Shown piece by piece: positions 28,673 to 40,020 of a stretch of DNA of 64,000 bases; position 1 is the stretch's first letter; each line of letters opens with the position of its first letter. The stretch spans positions 198,206-262,205 of the forward strand of contig OY970230.1 of assembly GCA_963714095.1 (NCBI GenBank). Direction: 5' to 3'. Under the pieces are notes generated by a model. That model had not been told where the DNA came from, searched no databases, and saw only the letters and a program-made list of their open reading frames with translations. This DNA is from Candidatus Gottesmanbacteria bacterium. GTDB taxonomy: Bacteria > Patescibacteriota > Microgenomatia > UBA10105 > UBA927. A program made the position numbers and the translations under genes.

Positions 28673-31629
28673 ACGCGATGAATCCTTTGTTGATCTTTTC
28701 GCACTGTCAGAATAATAGCAACGCAAACGAAACCCGCAATGGTTATCACGGCCCCGATATAAAATATGCTCTGCGGTTGATAATAGATGGTTGCATCATA
28801 TGTTCCCTTTGTATCTATAATCCAACCGTTGGCAAAACCGTTTGTCAGGACATGCCGGCTTTCCTGTAAGGTCTCCCCGTTGATTTTTATCTTCCACCGC
28901 GCGTCGAAGCCGGCGTTGTAGAGTAACAAAAATGCTTTTTGGGCATTATTGATGTGCACTGTGACATTTGTAGGATTCTTTTGAATAAATGTAACAGCCG
29001 GCGAAGAGATGTTTATGGATTCATGATTCCGGTGGGCATAAACGGCGGGTTGCTGCCTGGGAACATTATCGGCCGCAGCAGTAAGTTCAACTGTGTGAAA
29101 GCCTGCGGTCAAATAGACATTTTTTGGATTGGTAACTAATGATCCGTCTAATTTGAGAGTCTGGGAGGAGACATCATAAACGAGCAGCTGGTAATTGGCA
29201 TCAGTATCCACGGTCAACCCATACCGGTATTCCTGTTGTCCGTCTCCCATCCAAACCAAAGGTTGTACGCGGACAATCATTGTCTGGAAATACGACTCAA
29301 ATTCCGGATCCTTCCCTAATTCTCTTTGCTGGGCCAGAAAATAAGCCAAAATACGGTTTGCATAGACCGTTTTATCGCGTCCGGAAAGATTGTCCATAAT
29401 CTTCACAGCATCGTTCATCGCCAATTCGTACCGCGCTTGTGCCGATTGTAACCGGGCAATATTATTTTCCGTGCGGAATTCCATATACTCTCCCAGTCTG
29501 GTCTGTGCGTGGGCAATAAGTACGTCGATCTTTGCAGAGCCGGTCTTCGCGTTATTATTTTCACGCTCTTCTTTCCATGTTATGTATGGATATGCCACGG
29601 AACCGGGGAGTATGCGCGGCCGGAGTATCGTGATTCCTGATACATATTTATTCCATTCTGCCGTTTTGCAAAAATAACATTCACCACCGTACACAATAGA
29701 TGTAGCCAGGGAAGTAGCCGGACCCGCTCCCGTTCCATCCCCGATTTCGACGACCGGCACCGCAGGTTCAACTCCTACGATATCCGAACCGCTCGCGGAT
29801 AAATCCCCCTGAAAATCTGTCACCGCACCTGCGGCTTGGACAATCGGAGGTGCGGATCCCGGCAAATCCCATAACTGCCACTCCCCTTTGTCAAACGTTT
29901 TCGTTAAACCGAAAGCGGTAGCAATAGGCACAAAATCAGGGGCAGGTTGAGGCTTGGAAAACTGAACATCGCGCCGGACCAAAATAGAACGGACTCGAAG
30001 TATGGATGCCAGATTGAAAAATGAACGCCTATCATGACTATCCAGTGCCTCATACATACGGTTCACCAGCTCGCCACCTGTACCGGTGGCGTCATTGGCA
30101 ATAATCGGAACGGTCGAGATTAATCTCGGAAGCACGTCGAGACTGTAAAACCCCCACCGATACGTATCAATCGGCTGATTAATAAACCCCGCGTCAAGCG
30201 GCGGATAGATGAGGATATTCCCTGAATACGGGTCTGCGCTATTCATAACTTTTGCCGTGTCTGTTACATAAGGCGGAACCGAGACGCGCGTGGTAAAATC
30301 TTTGGAGAATTGAAATATGTCCGATACAAAAAACGGATAGTGATACACGAATAAACCCGTAATGAAACCCGCGGCAATAAGAGCCTGCACCAGTCTTCCT
30401 TTTATGGATTGCAGAACGGAGTTCAGCATAAAACCGGAAAGAATAATCATCGGAATCCACACTAACGGCGCAAATTTATAAAAGCTTGAACGGAAAATTG
30501 CAAATCCCGGCACGTGACGCATCGCCCAAATAAATGCCACACCGAACGGGGGATGCGATCCAGCGGCCAGTACCAACCCTATGAGCAAAAGTATGTAGAG
30601 ACATACAAGGAACCAGATCTGACGGATATTTTTTCTTTTCCATAACAGGAATATTGAACCGACAAAAACGATAATTGCAGGAATAAAACTTGCAATAATC
30701 AAAAGATGGTTGGTAAGAAATTGATGCGCAAACGGATTATAGACATTGTCATACCAATCGGGGATTCCCTGTAAACGCAGAAGATTTATAATGCTCGCAT
30801 TTTTGCTGATCACACCTTCCCATGCAATGAGCCCCTCAATTCCCCCATAAGCTCCTACCGTCTGACTGTATGTTCCGAGATATAGACTGAGCTGCGGTAA
30901 AACCCAATAGGCATTGACAGTCAAAAACGAAACGGACATGCCGCACGCGATGAAACATAACCGCTTCAGCACCCCCCGTCCGTCTTTGCGGATTGCAATG
31001 ATAGAAAAAATAATAAATGAACATACCAGCCCGACAAGCGTTGCCCCATACAACGGCGGAGACCCTCCCCCGTTCAGAATAAAATAGAGAAGCCCGAAGG
31101 CAATTGCATGCCTGACAATATTCTTCTTACGGATAATTGTCCGGTACAGAAGAGCAACTGCTATAGGGAGCGCGGCAAACAGTGAAAATTCTGCCCGCTC
31201 CGCAATAAACCACCCCTGTAAAATATAAAAATTGTACATCGCAAATGCCGATGACCACAGACGTAAAAATCTGTATTGCTTCTGCGGAAATACGAGATAT
31301 ATACCTAGCCACATGCCGAAACCGATAAGAAAAAACCACAATACGAGAGCGATTCGTTGACCCCAAAGGATCGATCCTGTAAGTACTGAAAATAGCGTTT
31401 CCGGAAACTGCGTCACAAGAAATGCCTTGTATAACGCCCAATCTATCCCGAAGTTCACAATCGGATTCCACGAATAAAACAAATTTTTTAGATTTACCAC
31501 TGGCATCAGCCGGAATCCACTATCATGCCCGAGAAGCATCTGACTACCACTCAACCAATGAAGAGGTAAAAGAGATGTAATGAATATAAACAGGAGTTCA
31601 ATAAAATATGCACGTCGAATATATTTCAT
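28669..31629 (-). CDS. Very large membrane protein (986 aa): N-terminal polytopic domain, large extracytoplasmic domain, C-terminal TM anchor
   Basis: GHDSGFRLMPV motif after TM1, a central hydrophilic region of about 450 aa, and a final TM (IGAVITIAGFVCVAIILTV). Confidence 0.45.
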   Translation of the reverse strand: MKYIRRAYFIELLFIFITSLLPLHWLSGSQMLLGHDSGFRLMPVVNLKNLFYSWNPIVNFGIDWALYKAFLVTQFPETLFSVLTGSILWGQRIALVLWFFLIGFGMWLGIYLVFPQKQYRFLRLWSSAFAMYNFYILQGWFIAERAEFSLFAALPIAVALLYRTIIRKKNIVRHAIAFGLLYFILNGGGSPPLYGATLVGLVCSFIIFSIIAIRKDGRGVLKRLCFIACGMSVSFLTVNAYWVLPQLSLYLGTYSQTVGAYGGIEGLIAWEGVISKNASIINLLRLQGIPDWYDNVYNPFAHQFLTNHLLIIASFIPAIIVFVGSIFLLWKRKNIRQIWFLVCLYILLLIGLVLAAGSHPPFGVAFIWAMRHVPGFAIFRSSFYKFAPLVWIPMIILSGFMLNSVLQSIKGRLVQALIAAGFITGLFVYHYPFFVSDIFQFSKDFTTRVSVPPYVTDTAKVMNSADPYSGNILIYPPLDAGFINQPIDTYRWGFYSLDVLPRLISTVPIIANDATGTGGELVNRMYEALDSHDRRSFFNLASILRVRSILVRRDVQFSKPQPAPDFVPIATAFGLTKTFDKGEWQLWDLPGSAPPIVQAAGAVTDFQGDLSASGSDIVGVEPAVPVVEIGDGTGAGPATSLATSIVYGGECYFCKTAEWNKYVSGITILRPRILPGSVAYPYITWKEERENNNAKTGSAKIDVLIAHAQTRLGEYMEFRTENNIARLQSAQARYELAMNDAVKIMDNLSGRDKTVYANRILAYFLAQQRELGKDPEFESYFQTMIVRVQPLVWMGDGQQEYRYGLTVDTDANYQLLVYDVSSQTLKLDGSLVTNPKNVYLTAGFHTVELTAAADNVPRQQPAVYAHRNHESINISSPAVTFIQKNPTNVTVHINNAQKAFLLLYNAGFDARWKIKINGETLQESRHVLTNGFANGWIIDTKGTYDATIYYQPQSIFYIGAVITIAGFVCVAIILTVRKDQQRIHRV

Positions 31630-33266
31630 ATCTTTTCTCGTTTCTTAAAAATTTCAATAGTTGATCCATCGATGGGAACGAAAACGTCACGAAAACGATC
31701 GTATCCCAACGATTCTATCACTGTGGCATTAACGCCCCCAGGTACTTTATCCAACACATAATCGGCCTGATGTAACTCCAACTTTTTGGGCAATACGGCA
31801 TCTTTCGGCACTTCTGTGTCCATAACCATTATATCTCGCTGCTCGTACGTCAGAATGGACAGGAACGCATTATCAAGCGGCTCAAAGGCAAACAGCTTAA
31901 CAACGTCTGGCTTTCCGGGCCCTTTCCAATCATTACGAATTGTTGACACCATCACATCCGCATTAACAAATTCTTTATTCGGCGGCCACACTATGGGCGT
32001 CAGATATATACGGCGCGGATGATGAATAAATTCCGGGAGAACAATATCCTTTAAACCCTGTTTCCCCATCGGACCAATTGCCCAAAACGCACCGAAATAA
32101 CTGCAAACGGCAACCACCACGAAACAAACCGTGAAAAATCTTCTGACCGCCGAATGTTGGATGCCCGCAAGGGGTAATACGGCCAAAAAAGCCATATAGG
32201 GATACAAAGGCACGATGAACCGGTCTTCCTTCCACACCGCCATACCAGTAAAAAACAGATACGGCACCGCGACACCCAGAAGGGGCACCCCATATCGTTT
32301 CCATTTCCATAGTGCAATAAGCACACCGACCGCAAACGGAATAAAAATCCAAACCGTATTCTGGGACATAATGTTGAAATAATACATGACGGATCTTGTT
32401 GATAACGTATTTGCCATATCGGGGCTGCGGTATTGTGCCACCCACTCTGCTCCGTACGTCTGGTTGTTCTTAACGTATACGTCAAAAAAAATGTGGGCGT
32501 TGGGAATGTAATATGCAAAAATCGGTACAACTACTCCGATAATCAAAAATAAGACAATGTTAACGATAATGTTCTTTCTGACTTTCTTTTCCCTCACAGC
32601 CTGCCCGACAGACATAATAAATACCGCCAGCGCCGGCCCCAACACAAATACCGGTCCAACCCAACGCGTCAGTGATGCCAGTGCCAGAAAAACTGCCGCA
32701 ACGAGAGTTTCTTTTGTTTTTACGAAACTATTTGTTTTGAGAAGAAATACGACCGACCATATACAGAACGTGCTCACCGCTGTTTCCGTATATGTAAAAT
32801 GTGAATAAAACAATACGTTTCCTAAACTTGCAAATACTATTGCGACAAGAAGTGATTTTTTTTGAGTAAAATACGTTCTGGCTATTACATACGTCCCGAT
32901 AATCGCCGCAAGGTAAAAAAGTCCGTTCAGAAGCAATGCCATCTTGTACGTATACGCTGTTCCGAAAATCAGTAATAATAGTGCTATAACAATACTGAAT
33001 ACCGGCTGCCGGTATCCGCTCGCCGCAAGAATACTCCCCCACGAAACTGACAATGGATGACGGAATTGATCATACAAATTCACTGCCAGAGAAAGATATT
33101 GATGTTCGTCCCATTGGGGATATTGATGAGATCTATAGATATAAAAAGCAAATGAAAGATAAACAAAAACAAGAAGACTTATACTTATCAGACTAAAAAG
33201 TTTATGGTGCGATTGAAGCTGACCCTTGTTGTTTTTTTGTAGCTCTCTTTCATAAAATAACCTCAT
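31626..33266 (-). CDS. Polytopic membrane protein, candidate GT-C glycosyltransferase (PMT/ArnT-like)
   Basis: HQYPQWDEHQYLSLAVNLYDQF is a DE-type motif after TM1. Start placed at the second Met to leave a divergent promoter region. The longest ORF would start at 33356. Confidence 0.5.
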   Translation of the reverse strand: MRLFYERELQKNNKGQLQSHHKLFSLISISLLVFVYLSFAFYIYRSHQYPQWDEHQYLSLAVNLYDQFRHPLSVSWGSILAASGYRQPVFSIVIALLLLIFGTAYTYKMALLLNGLFYLAAIIGTYVIARTYFTQKKSLLVAIVFASLGNVLFYSHFTYTETAVSTFCIWSVVFLLKTNSFVKTKETLVAAVFLALASLTRWVGPVFVLGPALAVFIMSVGQAVREKKVRKNIIVNIVLFLIIGVVVPIFAYYIPNAHIFFDVYVKNNQTYGAEWVAQYRSPDMANTLSTRSVMYYFNIMSQNTVWIFIPFAVGVLIALWKWKRYGVPLLGVAVPYLFFTGMAVWKEDRFIVPLYPYMAFLAVLPLAGIQHSAVRRFFTVCFVVVAVCSYFGAFWAIGPMGKQGLKDIVLPEFIHHPRRIYLTPIVWPPNKEFVNADVMVSTIRNDWKGPGKPDVVKLFAFEPLDNAFLSILTYEQRDIMVMDTEVPKDAVLPKKLELHQADYVLDKVPGGVNATVIESLGYDRFRDVFVPIDGSTIEIFKKREKI

Positions 33267-33381
33267 ATTGTTTCGTTGGTTCGTATGCAATACTATGTAC
33301 CTATTATATCCTGACTTTACCGAAAATCTTGATAATAAATAATAACACAGTTGCAAAAATTTAACTAAACCGCAAAGCCTT
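33267..33381. promoter_or_regulatory. Divergent promoter region between the GT-C-like gene (minus) and the acyltransferase-3 gene (plus)
   Basis: One of the few non-coding gaps in the window, and it is AT-rich. Its length depends on which start is chosen for the minus-strand gene. Confidence 0.2.
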
Positions 33382-34593
33382 ATGAACCGACAACCCTCTC
33401 CCCATTATGCATTTTTAGACGGCCTCAAAGGAATTGCTATTGTCATGATTGTCGCGTTTCACCTACAATTTATATATTCAGGATTTTCCGATTATTTAAG
33501 CAAGCTCCTAGCGTTTAGCGGTGTATGGGTAAATATGTTTTTCGTAATTTCCGCGTTTACCCTCACGGCGAGCGTCTATAATCAGCGTTTATTTAATTTT
33601 TTCCGGTATTTCTATAAACGTTTTCTTCGGATAACACCAGCATATTACGTAATGCTTGTTATTGCGTTTATCGTTATGCCAACTATGGTCAGAACATTTC
33701 TGTGGGGAAATAATATCCAGAATCTATTTCAACACATTCTCTTCATTAACACAGCCCCGTTTAATCATACCAATCAAGTTTCAATTCTGGGAGTGGAATG
33801 GTATATACCGGTACAATTTTGGCTCTATCTTGTCATACCATTTATCGTAATCACCCTTAGGGGAAATGGTATTATATTTTCGGCGCTTTTATTGGTATCG
33901 TTGTTTCTTCATTCAGATAAAAACGCACTCTTCCATTATCAGAATTTTTTTGATTTCGCCTCAAGTATACAGAACTTTCTCTGGGTCTATGTATTTGCTA
34001 TCGGTGCTCAAATGGTGCGTATGAATAAAAAAATTCATCTGTCGTTCTCATCCATTATCACAGGACTGGGAATTCTGGCAGGCTCTGTTTATTTTATTCT
34101 CACTATCCAAACTAAAAGTGAACGGTTCTATATAACTGCATTGATCGTCATGTTATATCAGATCCTCTTGAAAACACGCATTATCCGCCGCGTATCAACA
34201 ACCCATTCCTCGTTGGTACCGATACTCGAACATATTGACGTTCTTATATTATTTATTTTGTTTTATAAATATATCCTGAATTGGTACTTTGTAAAAAACC
34301 CTCATGAATTTATGGCATTCTGGTCAATTGCGCTGGTTATTGCGTCATATGCCCGCCCATGGTTCCTCCAGAAGTTATTGGAAAATCGTGCTGTTGTACT
34401 GCTGGGGAAATATAGTTATGAGATCTATCTCACGCATTTTTTCGTTATTACGGCGGTAGGTTATATTATTCCAAAACAAGGGCCATACATCCGCACGCTC
34501 TACATTCTTCCCATCATCGCCATTCTCTCGTATCTTTTACGCCAATTTGTTTCCAAACCTGCGCTGGATTTATATCCACTCAAAAATCAATAA
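33382..34593 (+). CDS. Acyltransferase family 3 (OafA/OatA-like) membrane O-acyltransferase
   Basis: FLDGLKGIAIVMIVAFHL start, 10 TM segments, plus-strand. Confidence 0.75.
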   Translation: MNRQPSPHYAFLDGLKGIAIVMIVAFHLQFIYSGFSDYLSKLLAFSGVWVNMFFVISAFTLTASVYNQRLFNFFRYFYKRFLRITPAYYVMLVIAFIVMPTMVRTFLWGNNIQNLFQHILFINTAPFNHTNQVSILGVEWYIPVQFWLYLVIPFIVITLRGNGIIFSALLLVSLFLHSDKNALFHYQNFFDFASSIQNFLWVYVFAIGAQMVRMNKKIHLSFSSIITGLGILAGSVYFILTIQTKSERFYITALIVMLYQILLKTRIIRRVSTTHSSLVPILEHIDVLILFILFYKYILNWYFVKNPHEFMAFWSIALVIASYARPWFLQKLLENRAVVLLGKYSYEIYLTHFFVITAVGYIIPKQGPYIRTLYILPIIAILSYLLRQFVSKPALDLYPLKNQ

Positions 34594-35612
34594 CTTATGT
34601 ATCGTTTCATTACCCTATGATAACCATAACGTACTTCAGAGTATCCGTACGCCATGAGCGTCATGAAACATGCAATAGGATGCAGGAACCATGCGCCTTC
34701 ATGAACCGCAATGTAGCCTCGGATACTCAACGAAAGCGGTTCAATAAATGTCAGTGAATAGATAATAAACAGTAATAAATTTTTCCGGTCTGTGGCAGAA
34801 TGAGGATCGTAGACCAAATAATGACGCTTGGATTTTAACGGATCATAATATCGCCCCTTATACTCAACACGGCGTTTAAGAAATGAGACAATACTCGATC
34901 CTGTATAATGAATTATCGAATTATTAACAGCAGCAAATTCGGTATATCCCTTCTCAACAAGCATCGCAAATGCGTCGGTATGGAGGAAGGTATCAGGATT
35001 CAGATTGACCTTCATTATCAGATCTCTCCGGAACATATGTCCGTTATCACCAAGAGTGGGTAACGTATCCTTTGTATAAGATAAAATTGTATACCCATGT
35101 GTTCGCTTTCGTTCAATTCCTTTATGATATTCCGATTCAAACCGCGGAAGCTTATCGGATTTATCAAGATAGTAAAGAAGAGGGTCATTAATACCGAATA
35201 ACGCACAATATTTTGTAAAGGCGGGCATTGATGCCTCGTACGTATTATATTTACTGAACGCGCAAACGACGTTCCTGTTTTGAACAAACGGTTGAACCAT
35301 CTGTTGTAACCAATTTTTGCTGGGGAGAATATTATCCGGTTCAAGAATCAAAATAAGTTCTCCCCTGGCAAGTTGAATCCCCAGAGATATCCGTACCTGT
35401 GCCTTTTCTAATAAATCTTTTCGTACAACGACGCGTGTATTATATTGTTTAATAAAATCAAGCGTCTCTTTGGGTGAACCGGCGTCCATAACGATATGTT
35501 CGATTTTTGAACAGGGATAATCCTGATTACGAATTGCTGTAAGCATCTTTCTCCATAGAAAAATTGGTGTATTATATGATCCAGTAATAATAGTTATAGA
35601 CGGATGAACCAT
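34587..35612 (-). CDS. Glycosyltransferase family 2-like
   Basis: ITIITGSYNT...IVMDAGSPKET, a GT-A N-terminal pattern. Confidence 0.6.
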   Translation of the reverse strand: MVHPSITIITGSYNTPIFLWRKMLTAIRNQDYPCSKIEHIVMDAGSPKETLDFIKQYNTRVVVRKDLLEKAQVRISLGIQLARGELILILEPDNILPSKNWLQQMVQPFVQNRNVVCAFSKYNTYEASMPAFTKYCALFGINDPLLYYLDKSDKLPRFESEYHKGIERKRTHGYTILSYTKDTLPTLGDNGHMFRRDLIMKVNLNPDTFLHTDAFAMLVEKGYTEFAAVNNSIIHYTGSSIVSFLKRRVEYKGRYYDPLKSKRHYLVYDPHSATDRKNLLLFIIYSLTFIEPLSLSIRGYIAVHEGAWFLHPIACFMTLMAYGYSEVRYGYHRVMKRYISY

Positions 35613-35768
35613 AATAAAATTATAAATTCTCTTTTTTATGATCCTCGTAGCGTTGAGAATAATATTTCGCTATTATCGAACATATTTTAAAAATGAATGT
35701 ACGATATCTAAATAATTTGGTTATTTACAATAATATTAACTTCATCTCTGATATTTGTAGGGAAAATA

Positions 35769-36455
35769 TTATTTAATTCGTCGAATAAATTTAGCAGGAA
35801 TACCGGAAACAATTGTATAGCTTTGTACATCTTTTGTAACCACCGATCCGGCACCAATAATAGCACCTTTACCTATGGTTACCCCACACAAAATAGCCAC
35901 TCCCGTTCCAATCCACACATCTTCACCAATATGTACTCCGCCGGTACTACCTGTTTGAAACCGTTTAGGAATTTTTGTATTTTTATAACCATGGTCCAAT
36001 GTATACACTCGTACGTGATCCGAAATCATCGTATTATCTCCGATTTCAATAAGCCCCCCTAACCCATCAATAAAACTACCGATGGAAAGCGAAAAGTTTT
36101 TCCCAATTCGCACTCCGTCCGGTCCCGACCATATAGCGGCCCTGTCATAAATCATACTATTATCACCTATTGATATTTTTCCTGAAGCGAAAAGTGTTAC
36201 ATAATCCTTAATCCAGATGTTACGGCCAAGATGAATTTTTGAACCTCGAATAAATTTACACCCACGTCCGATCAGAATTAACCCATTGGAAGAAATTTGA
36301 ATTTTGGAAAATAAACCTCGTAAAATACACAAAAATAATCCTGAACCGGAGGAGAATATATGAGAAATCAAGTCATCAACTAAGGCATGAACCAATTCAT
36401 CGTTGTTCGATACATGATAATACTGCCGTAACAAACTTATTCTTCTTGATTTCAT
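35769..36455 (-). CDS. Hexapeptide-repeat (LbH) acetyltransferase
   Basis: Repeated [LIV]GxxxxI hexapeptides ([14 protein letters not shown]...[29 protein letters not shown]). Confidence 0.7.
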   Translation of the reverse strand: MKSRRISLLRQYYHVSNNDELVHALVDDLISHIFSSGSGLFLCILRGLFSKIQISSNGLILIGRGCKFIRGSKIHLGRNIWIKDYVTLFASGKISIGDNSMIYDRAAIWSGPDGVRIGKNFSLSIGSFIDGLGGLIEIGDNTMISDHVRVYTLDHGYKNTKIPKRFQTGSTGGVHIGEDVWIGTGVAILCGVTIGKGAIIGAGSVVTKDVQSYTIVSGIPAKFIRRIK

Positions 36456-36577
36456 AGTTAAAATAGAATATTACGCAATCACCTTGATCACTTGAATATA
36501 AAATCACCTAATTTTAATTTCGTTTTATTCCAATATCTATCGTAATAGTTTTGCATATATGACAGCTATGATAAGAT
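36456..36577. promoter_or_regulatory. AT-rich divergent intergenic region, likely holding promoters for the LbH acetyltransferase (minus) and the GT4 (plus)
   Basis: 122-bp AT-rich gap between divergent starts. It contains TTGCAT...TAAGAT and TTGATC...TAATTT hexamer pairs. Confidence 0.25.
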
Positions 36578-37765
36578 ATGTTGCATTATACAAATACCGA
36601 AGCAAGAATGAAACATCTCAAAAGTGTACTGTATATTAATTTCGCACCGTACGATAACGCGGGAAAAATTCTGGATTATCTGCTCACGCGATATGAATAT
36701 GTTTATCATTTTTCCTTCAATTTCCATTATCTGCATAATGCGGAAAATGATAGTTCTTTGGTTATTTACAAACACCGTGTCATTATATCGAGACAATCAA
36801 TATTTCAACTCTTACCCCACCCCGGACTTATCTTTCTTCTTTTGCCGATACGATCGATTATATTTCTTCTGGAAATAATCCGTTATAGCAAAACAATAAA
36901 TAAACGGTACGGTGAAATAGATGATTATTTTACTGTTAATGCTTATACGGCATGGTGCGGCCTAATCCTTAAAAGATTACATTTTGTAAAGAGAACGATA
37001 TTCTGGGTATGGGATTATTATCCGCCGCACGATAAAAGCAAAGTTGTTACCTTTATGCGGTGGCTCTATTGGCACTTCGATAAACGAGCAACCCATTCTG
37101 ATAGGCTTATTTTTCTTAATCACCGGCTTGAAAATCTCAGAAAAAAAAATGGGATTTTACCCGCCTCGAAGCGTTACCCTATTATCGGAATCGGAACCAA
37201 TCTCATACAGATGAAACGAAAAATATCCGATTCACTCTTATTTATAGGCGTATTGAAACATAGTCAGGGGTTGGAATTACTTATACGGAATAGCGATAAA
37301 CTTCACCGCGCATATCCAAAACTGGATGTGCATATTATTGGCACCGGCCCGGAAGAAAATTATCTTAAAAGTATTGCAACACAGAGCTCTGTACCGTTTT
37401 ATTTCCATGGAATTCAGGATGTGTTTTCAACGACAGCAAAAAATATTATCAAAAAAACTTCAATCGGAATAGCACCATATAAACCAGAGGCGGGAAACGT
37501 TTCTTATTACGGTGACCCGTCCAAAATAAAAAACTATATCGGATACGGATTGCCGGTCATCACAACAAATGTCTTTGAATTTGCCAAAGAGATTCGCAAT
37601 TCTCATGCGGGCATAGTCATACAATATGATATTAATGCTTTTATCCGAGCATTAAACACAATCTATAAAACGTACGGCGAATATGCCGAAAACGCACATA
37701 ATTTGGCTAAAAAATACGACTACAGAACTAACTATGCAGATATGTTTGAGGATAATGAAGGGTAA
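36578..37765 (+). CDS. GT4-like glycosyltransferase (plus-strand, AT-rich)
   Basis: LFIGVLKHSQGLELLI...IIGTGPEE...GIAPYKPEAGNVSYYGDPSKIKNYIGYGLPVI is a GT-B C-domain. Start is uncertain (Met1 or Met11). Confidence 0.6.
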   Translation: MLHYTNTEARMKHLKSVLYINFAPYDNAGKILDYLLTRYEYVYHFSFNFHYLHNAENDSSLVIYKHRVIISRQSIFQLLPHPGLIFLLLPIRSIIFLLEIIRYSKTINKRYGEIDDYFTVNAYTAWCGLILKRLHFVKRTIFWVWDYYPPHDKSKVVTFMRWLYWHFDKRATHSDRLIFLNHRLENLRKKNGILPASKRYPIIGIGTNLIQMKRKISDSLLFIGVLKHSQGLELLIRNSDKLHRAYPKLDVHIIGTGPEENYLKSIATQSSVPFYFHGIQDVFSTTAKNIIKKTSIGIAPYKPEAGNVSYYGDPSKIKNYIGYGLPVITTNVFEFAKEIRNSHAGIVIQYDINAFIRALNTIYKTYGEYAENAHNLAKKYDYRTNYADMFEDNEG

Positions 37766-37773
37766 TAGAAAAC

Positions 37774-38823
37774 TCAATGTTTTCCTGCATTAAAACACAT
37801 ATCTGACAGAATCTGATCAATAGTATATGTATAATTCCACTTGGGGTAATGTCGTTTAAATTTATTTACATCAGATATATACCAAATATGATCTCCTATC
37901 CGTGGTCTATCAACATATCGAACACGAATTTTTTTGTCAAGTAATTTTTCAACTTTCCGGATTGCTTCAAGAATAGAAATACTGGCATGTCTGGATCCGC
38001 CGATATTGTAAACCTCACCGCTCCTTGGTTTCTTATATACCTCATAAAATGCTCTTATCAGATCCATTGAATGGATATTGTCGCGAACCTGTTTCCCCTT
38101 ATAACCCAGAATAGTATATTCCGTGTCTTCTTTGATGCATTTTACAAGATATGCTAAAAACCCGTGAAGTTTAACTGCGGAATGCATTGGTCCTGTAAGG
38201 CATCCGCCCCTAAACACGGTTGTTTTCAAGCCAAAATATCTTCCGTACTCCTGAACCATAAGATCAGCAGAGGTCTTTGAAACTCCAAAAATACTGTGTG
38301 TTGTATGGTCCAGACTCATCGTTTCATCAATTCCGTTATATAAGTGATGGCTGCGAGGAAGTTCCCATCGTGTTTGTTTTTCAATAAACGGCAGCAGGTT
38401 CGGGCTGTCACCATAAACTTTATTGGTTGAGGTAAATATAAATACCGCTTTCGGACAATATTTTCTGTATTGCTCTAATAAGAGAAGTGTCCCATATGCA
38501 TTAACCGAAAAATCCGTTAATGGTTCTTTTGCTGCCCAATCGTGTGACGGCTGGGCCGCCGTATGTATAATTAAATCAAAGGTATGATGAGAAAATAGAT
38601 TCCGTATTTTTATTTCATCACGTATATCAATTGTATGATGGTGATAATTACTAAATAATTTTATTAATCGTTTTTTGCTCCACGTTGTGTCACCATCTTT
38701 ACCAAAAAAATACGATCGCAGGTTATTATCTATACCATGAACGTCAAAATCTTTTGCACAAAAAAAAGCTACCGCTTCGGATCCAATAAGGCCATTCGAT
38801 CCTGTTATGAGAACTTTTTTCAT
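37774..38823 (-). CDS. NAD-dependent sugar-nucleotide epimerase, CDP-tyvelose/paratose 2-epimerase (RfbE)-like
   Basis: [37 protein letters not shown] and YNIGG blocks align with my memory of RfbE. Confidence 0.65.
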   Translation of the reverse strand: MKKVLITGSNGLIGSEAVAFFCAKDFDVHGIDNNLRSYFFGKDGDTTWSKKRLIKLFSNYHHHTIDIRDEIKIRNLFSHHTFDLIIHTAAQPSHDWAAKEPLTDFSVNAYGTLLLLEQYRKYCPKAVFIFTSTNKVYGDSPNLLPFIEKQTRWELPRSHHLYNGIDETMSLDHTTHSIFGVSKTSADLMVQEYGRYFGLKTTVFRGGCLTGPMHSAVKLHGFLAYLVKCIKEDTEYTILGYKGKQVRDNIHSMDLIRAFYEVYKKPRSGEVYNIGGSRHASISILEAIRKVEKLLDKKIRVRYVDRPRIGDHIWYISDVNKFKRHYPKWNYTYTIDQILSDMCFNAGKH

Positions 38824-39983
38824 ACCTTCTGAAATGCTTGATCAAATAAATTATCCCAATTATAGGATTCCGCCATATGACGTGCAAGCAATCGGGCACG
38901 ACAGATTTTCTTTGAATCCTTCATAAGCGAAGTTAAGAGCGTAACCAACGCATTCTTTGTATATGGTATTACATACCCACAGCCTTTTTTAACAAGTTCT
39001 TTTGCAACGTATGGCACCTTTGTGGTGATAACGGGTATCCCTGCCAAAAGATATTGCTTTATTTTTGACTGATCAGCATAAAAGGAAAACGGATGATCAG
39101 AGGTATATAGTGCTAATCCAATGGCCGATTTTGAGAGTCGACTAATAATATATTTTTGGTCATCGGAAAATCCAAGGAAATGGACTCTCGACGTTACGCC
39201 ATACTCATGTGCAATTTTTTTTAGAGTACCTTCATAATACCCCGAACCGATAACAATCAGACAAACCTTTTTAAATCTGCCAGCAAGTTGAGGTAACGCT
39301 TCTATTGCCAGTTGTACACCCTGTTCTTTTGTTAAAAACCCAAGATATGCGATTTCAAATGGATTAAACACTGTTAAATGGCCCGCGGACCTTCGTGATA
39401 AGTGAACACCATGAGGAACCACTATTTGATGCGGAAACTTCACACCCCATCTTTGTTCCCTTGCTTTTATCATACGGGGTGTGAGATTCCATGTTGAAGT
39501 AGCATAACGAGCACATAACATCTCTAAATAATGATAAAAACGATTTACTATTTTATTCTTAAATCTAACAGGAACATAATCGATAACGTAATATATTGTT
39601 TTTTTTACAATACCTATTCGCATAAGAATAATTCCGCAAAATGCGTTAAGGTTACCGGCTCCTATAAAGTAATCGACACGCCCTTTTAAAACATAAACAG
39701 ACCAAAACAGTGTAACAAATGAATCTTTTAGATACGCAATAAATTCAGGAAGCCTCATTCGGATAAAATGACCGCGTTTTTGGAGAACACCGAATTCGTA
39801 TAACGAATACGAAGATTCTACTATTGGATTGTGTGCTGTTTGATATGGATGGCTAATGAAAAGCACTCTCAGGGCGTGCTTCTTTAATAAATAATCACGA
39901 ACTTCATGCGGTATACCATGAACAATATCATGGCAGACGACAACTGCGCTTTTTGAGGTAAAATCCATATTCATATCACTCAT
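38820..39983 (-). CDS. Glycosyltransferase family 4
   Basis: GT-B C-domain ([13 protein letters not shown]...[33 protein letters not shown]). Confidence 0.7.
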   Translation of the reverse strand: MSDMNMDFTSKSAVVVCHDIVHGIPHEVRDYLLKKHALRVLFISHPYQTAHNPIVESSYSLYEFGVLQKRGHFIRMRLPEFIAYLKDSFVTLFWSVYVLKGRVDYFIGAGNLNAFCGIILMRIGIVKKTIYYVIDYVPVRFKNKIVNRFYHYLEMLCARYATSTWNLTPRMIKAREQRWGVKFPHQIVVPHGVHLSRRSAGHLTVFNPFEIAYLGFLTKEQGVQLAIEALPQLAGRFKKVCLIVIGSGYYEGTLKKIAHEYGVTSRVHFLGFSDDQKYIISRLSKSAIGLALYTSDHPFSFYADQSKIKQYLLAGIPVITTKVPYVAKELVKKGCGYVIPYTKNALVTLLTSLMKDSKKICRARLLARHMAESYNWDNLFDQAFQKV

Positions 39984-40020
39984 ACCTCGTATAATATATT
40001 TCTACCATGGTAGTCTGAAG

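Noticed and set aside
35613-35768. Possible tRNA or small ncRNA in the largest intergenic gaps (35613..35768, 36456..36577, 50785..50921)
   Set aside because: The gaps are AT-rich with no GC-rich stems, no T-loop-like GTTCRANYC and no cloverleaf potential. They are more likely promoter/terminator space.
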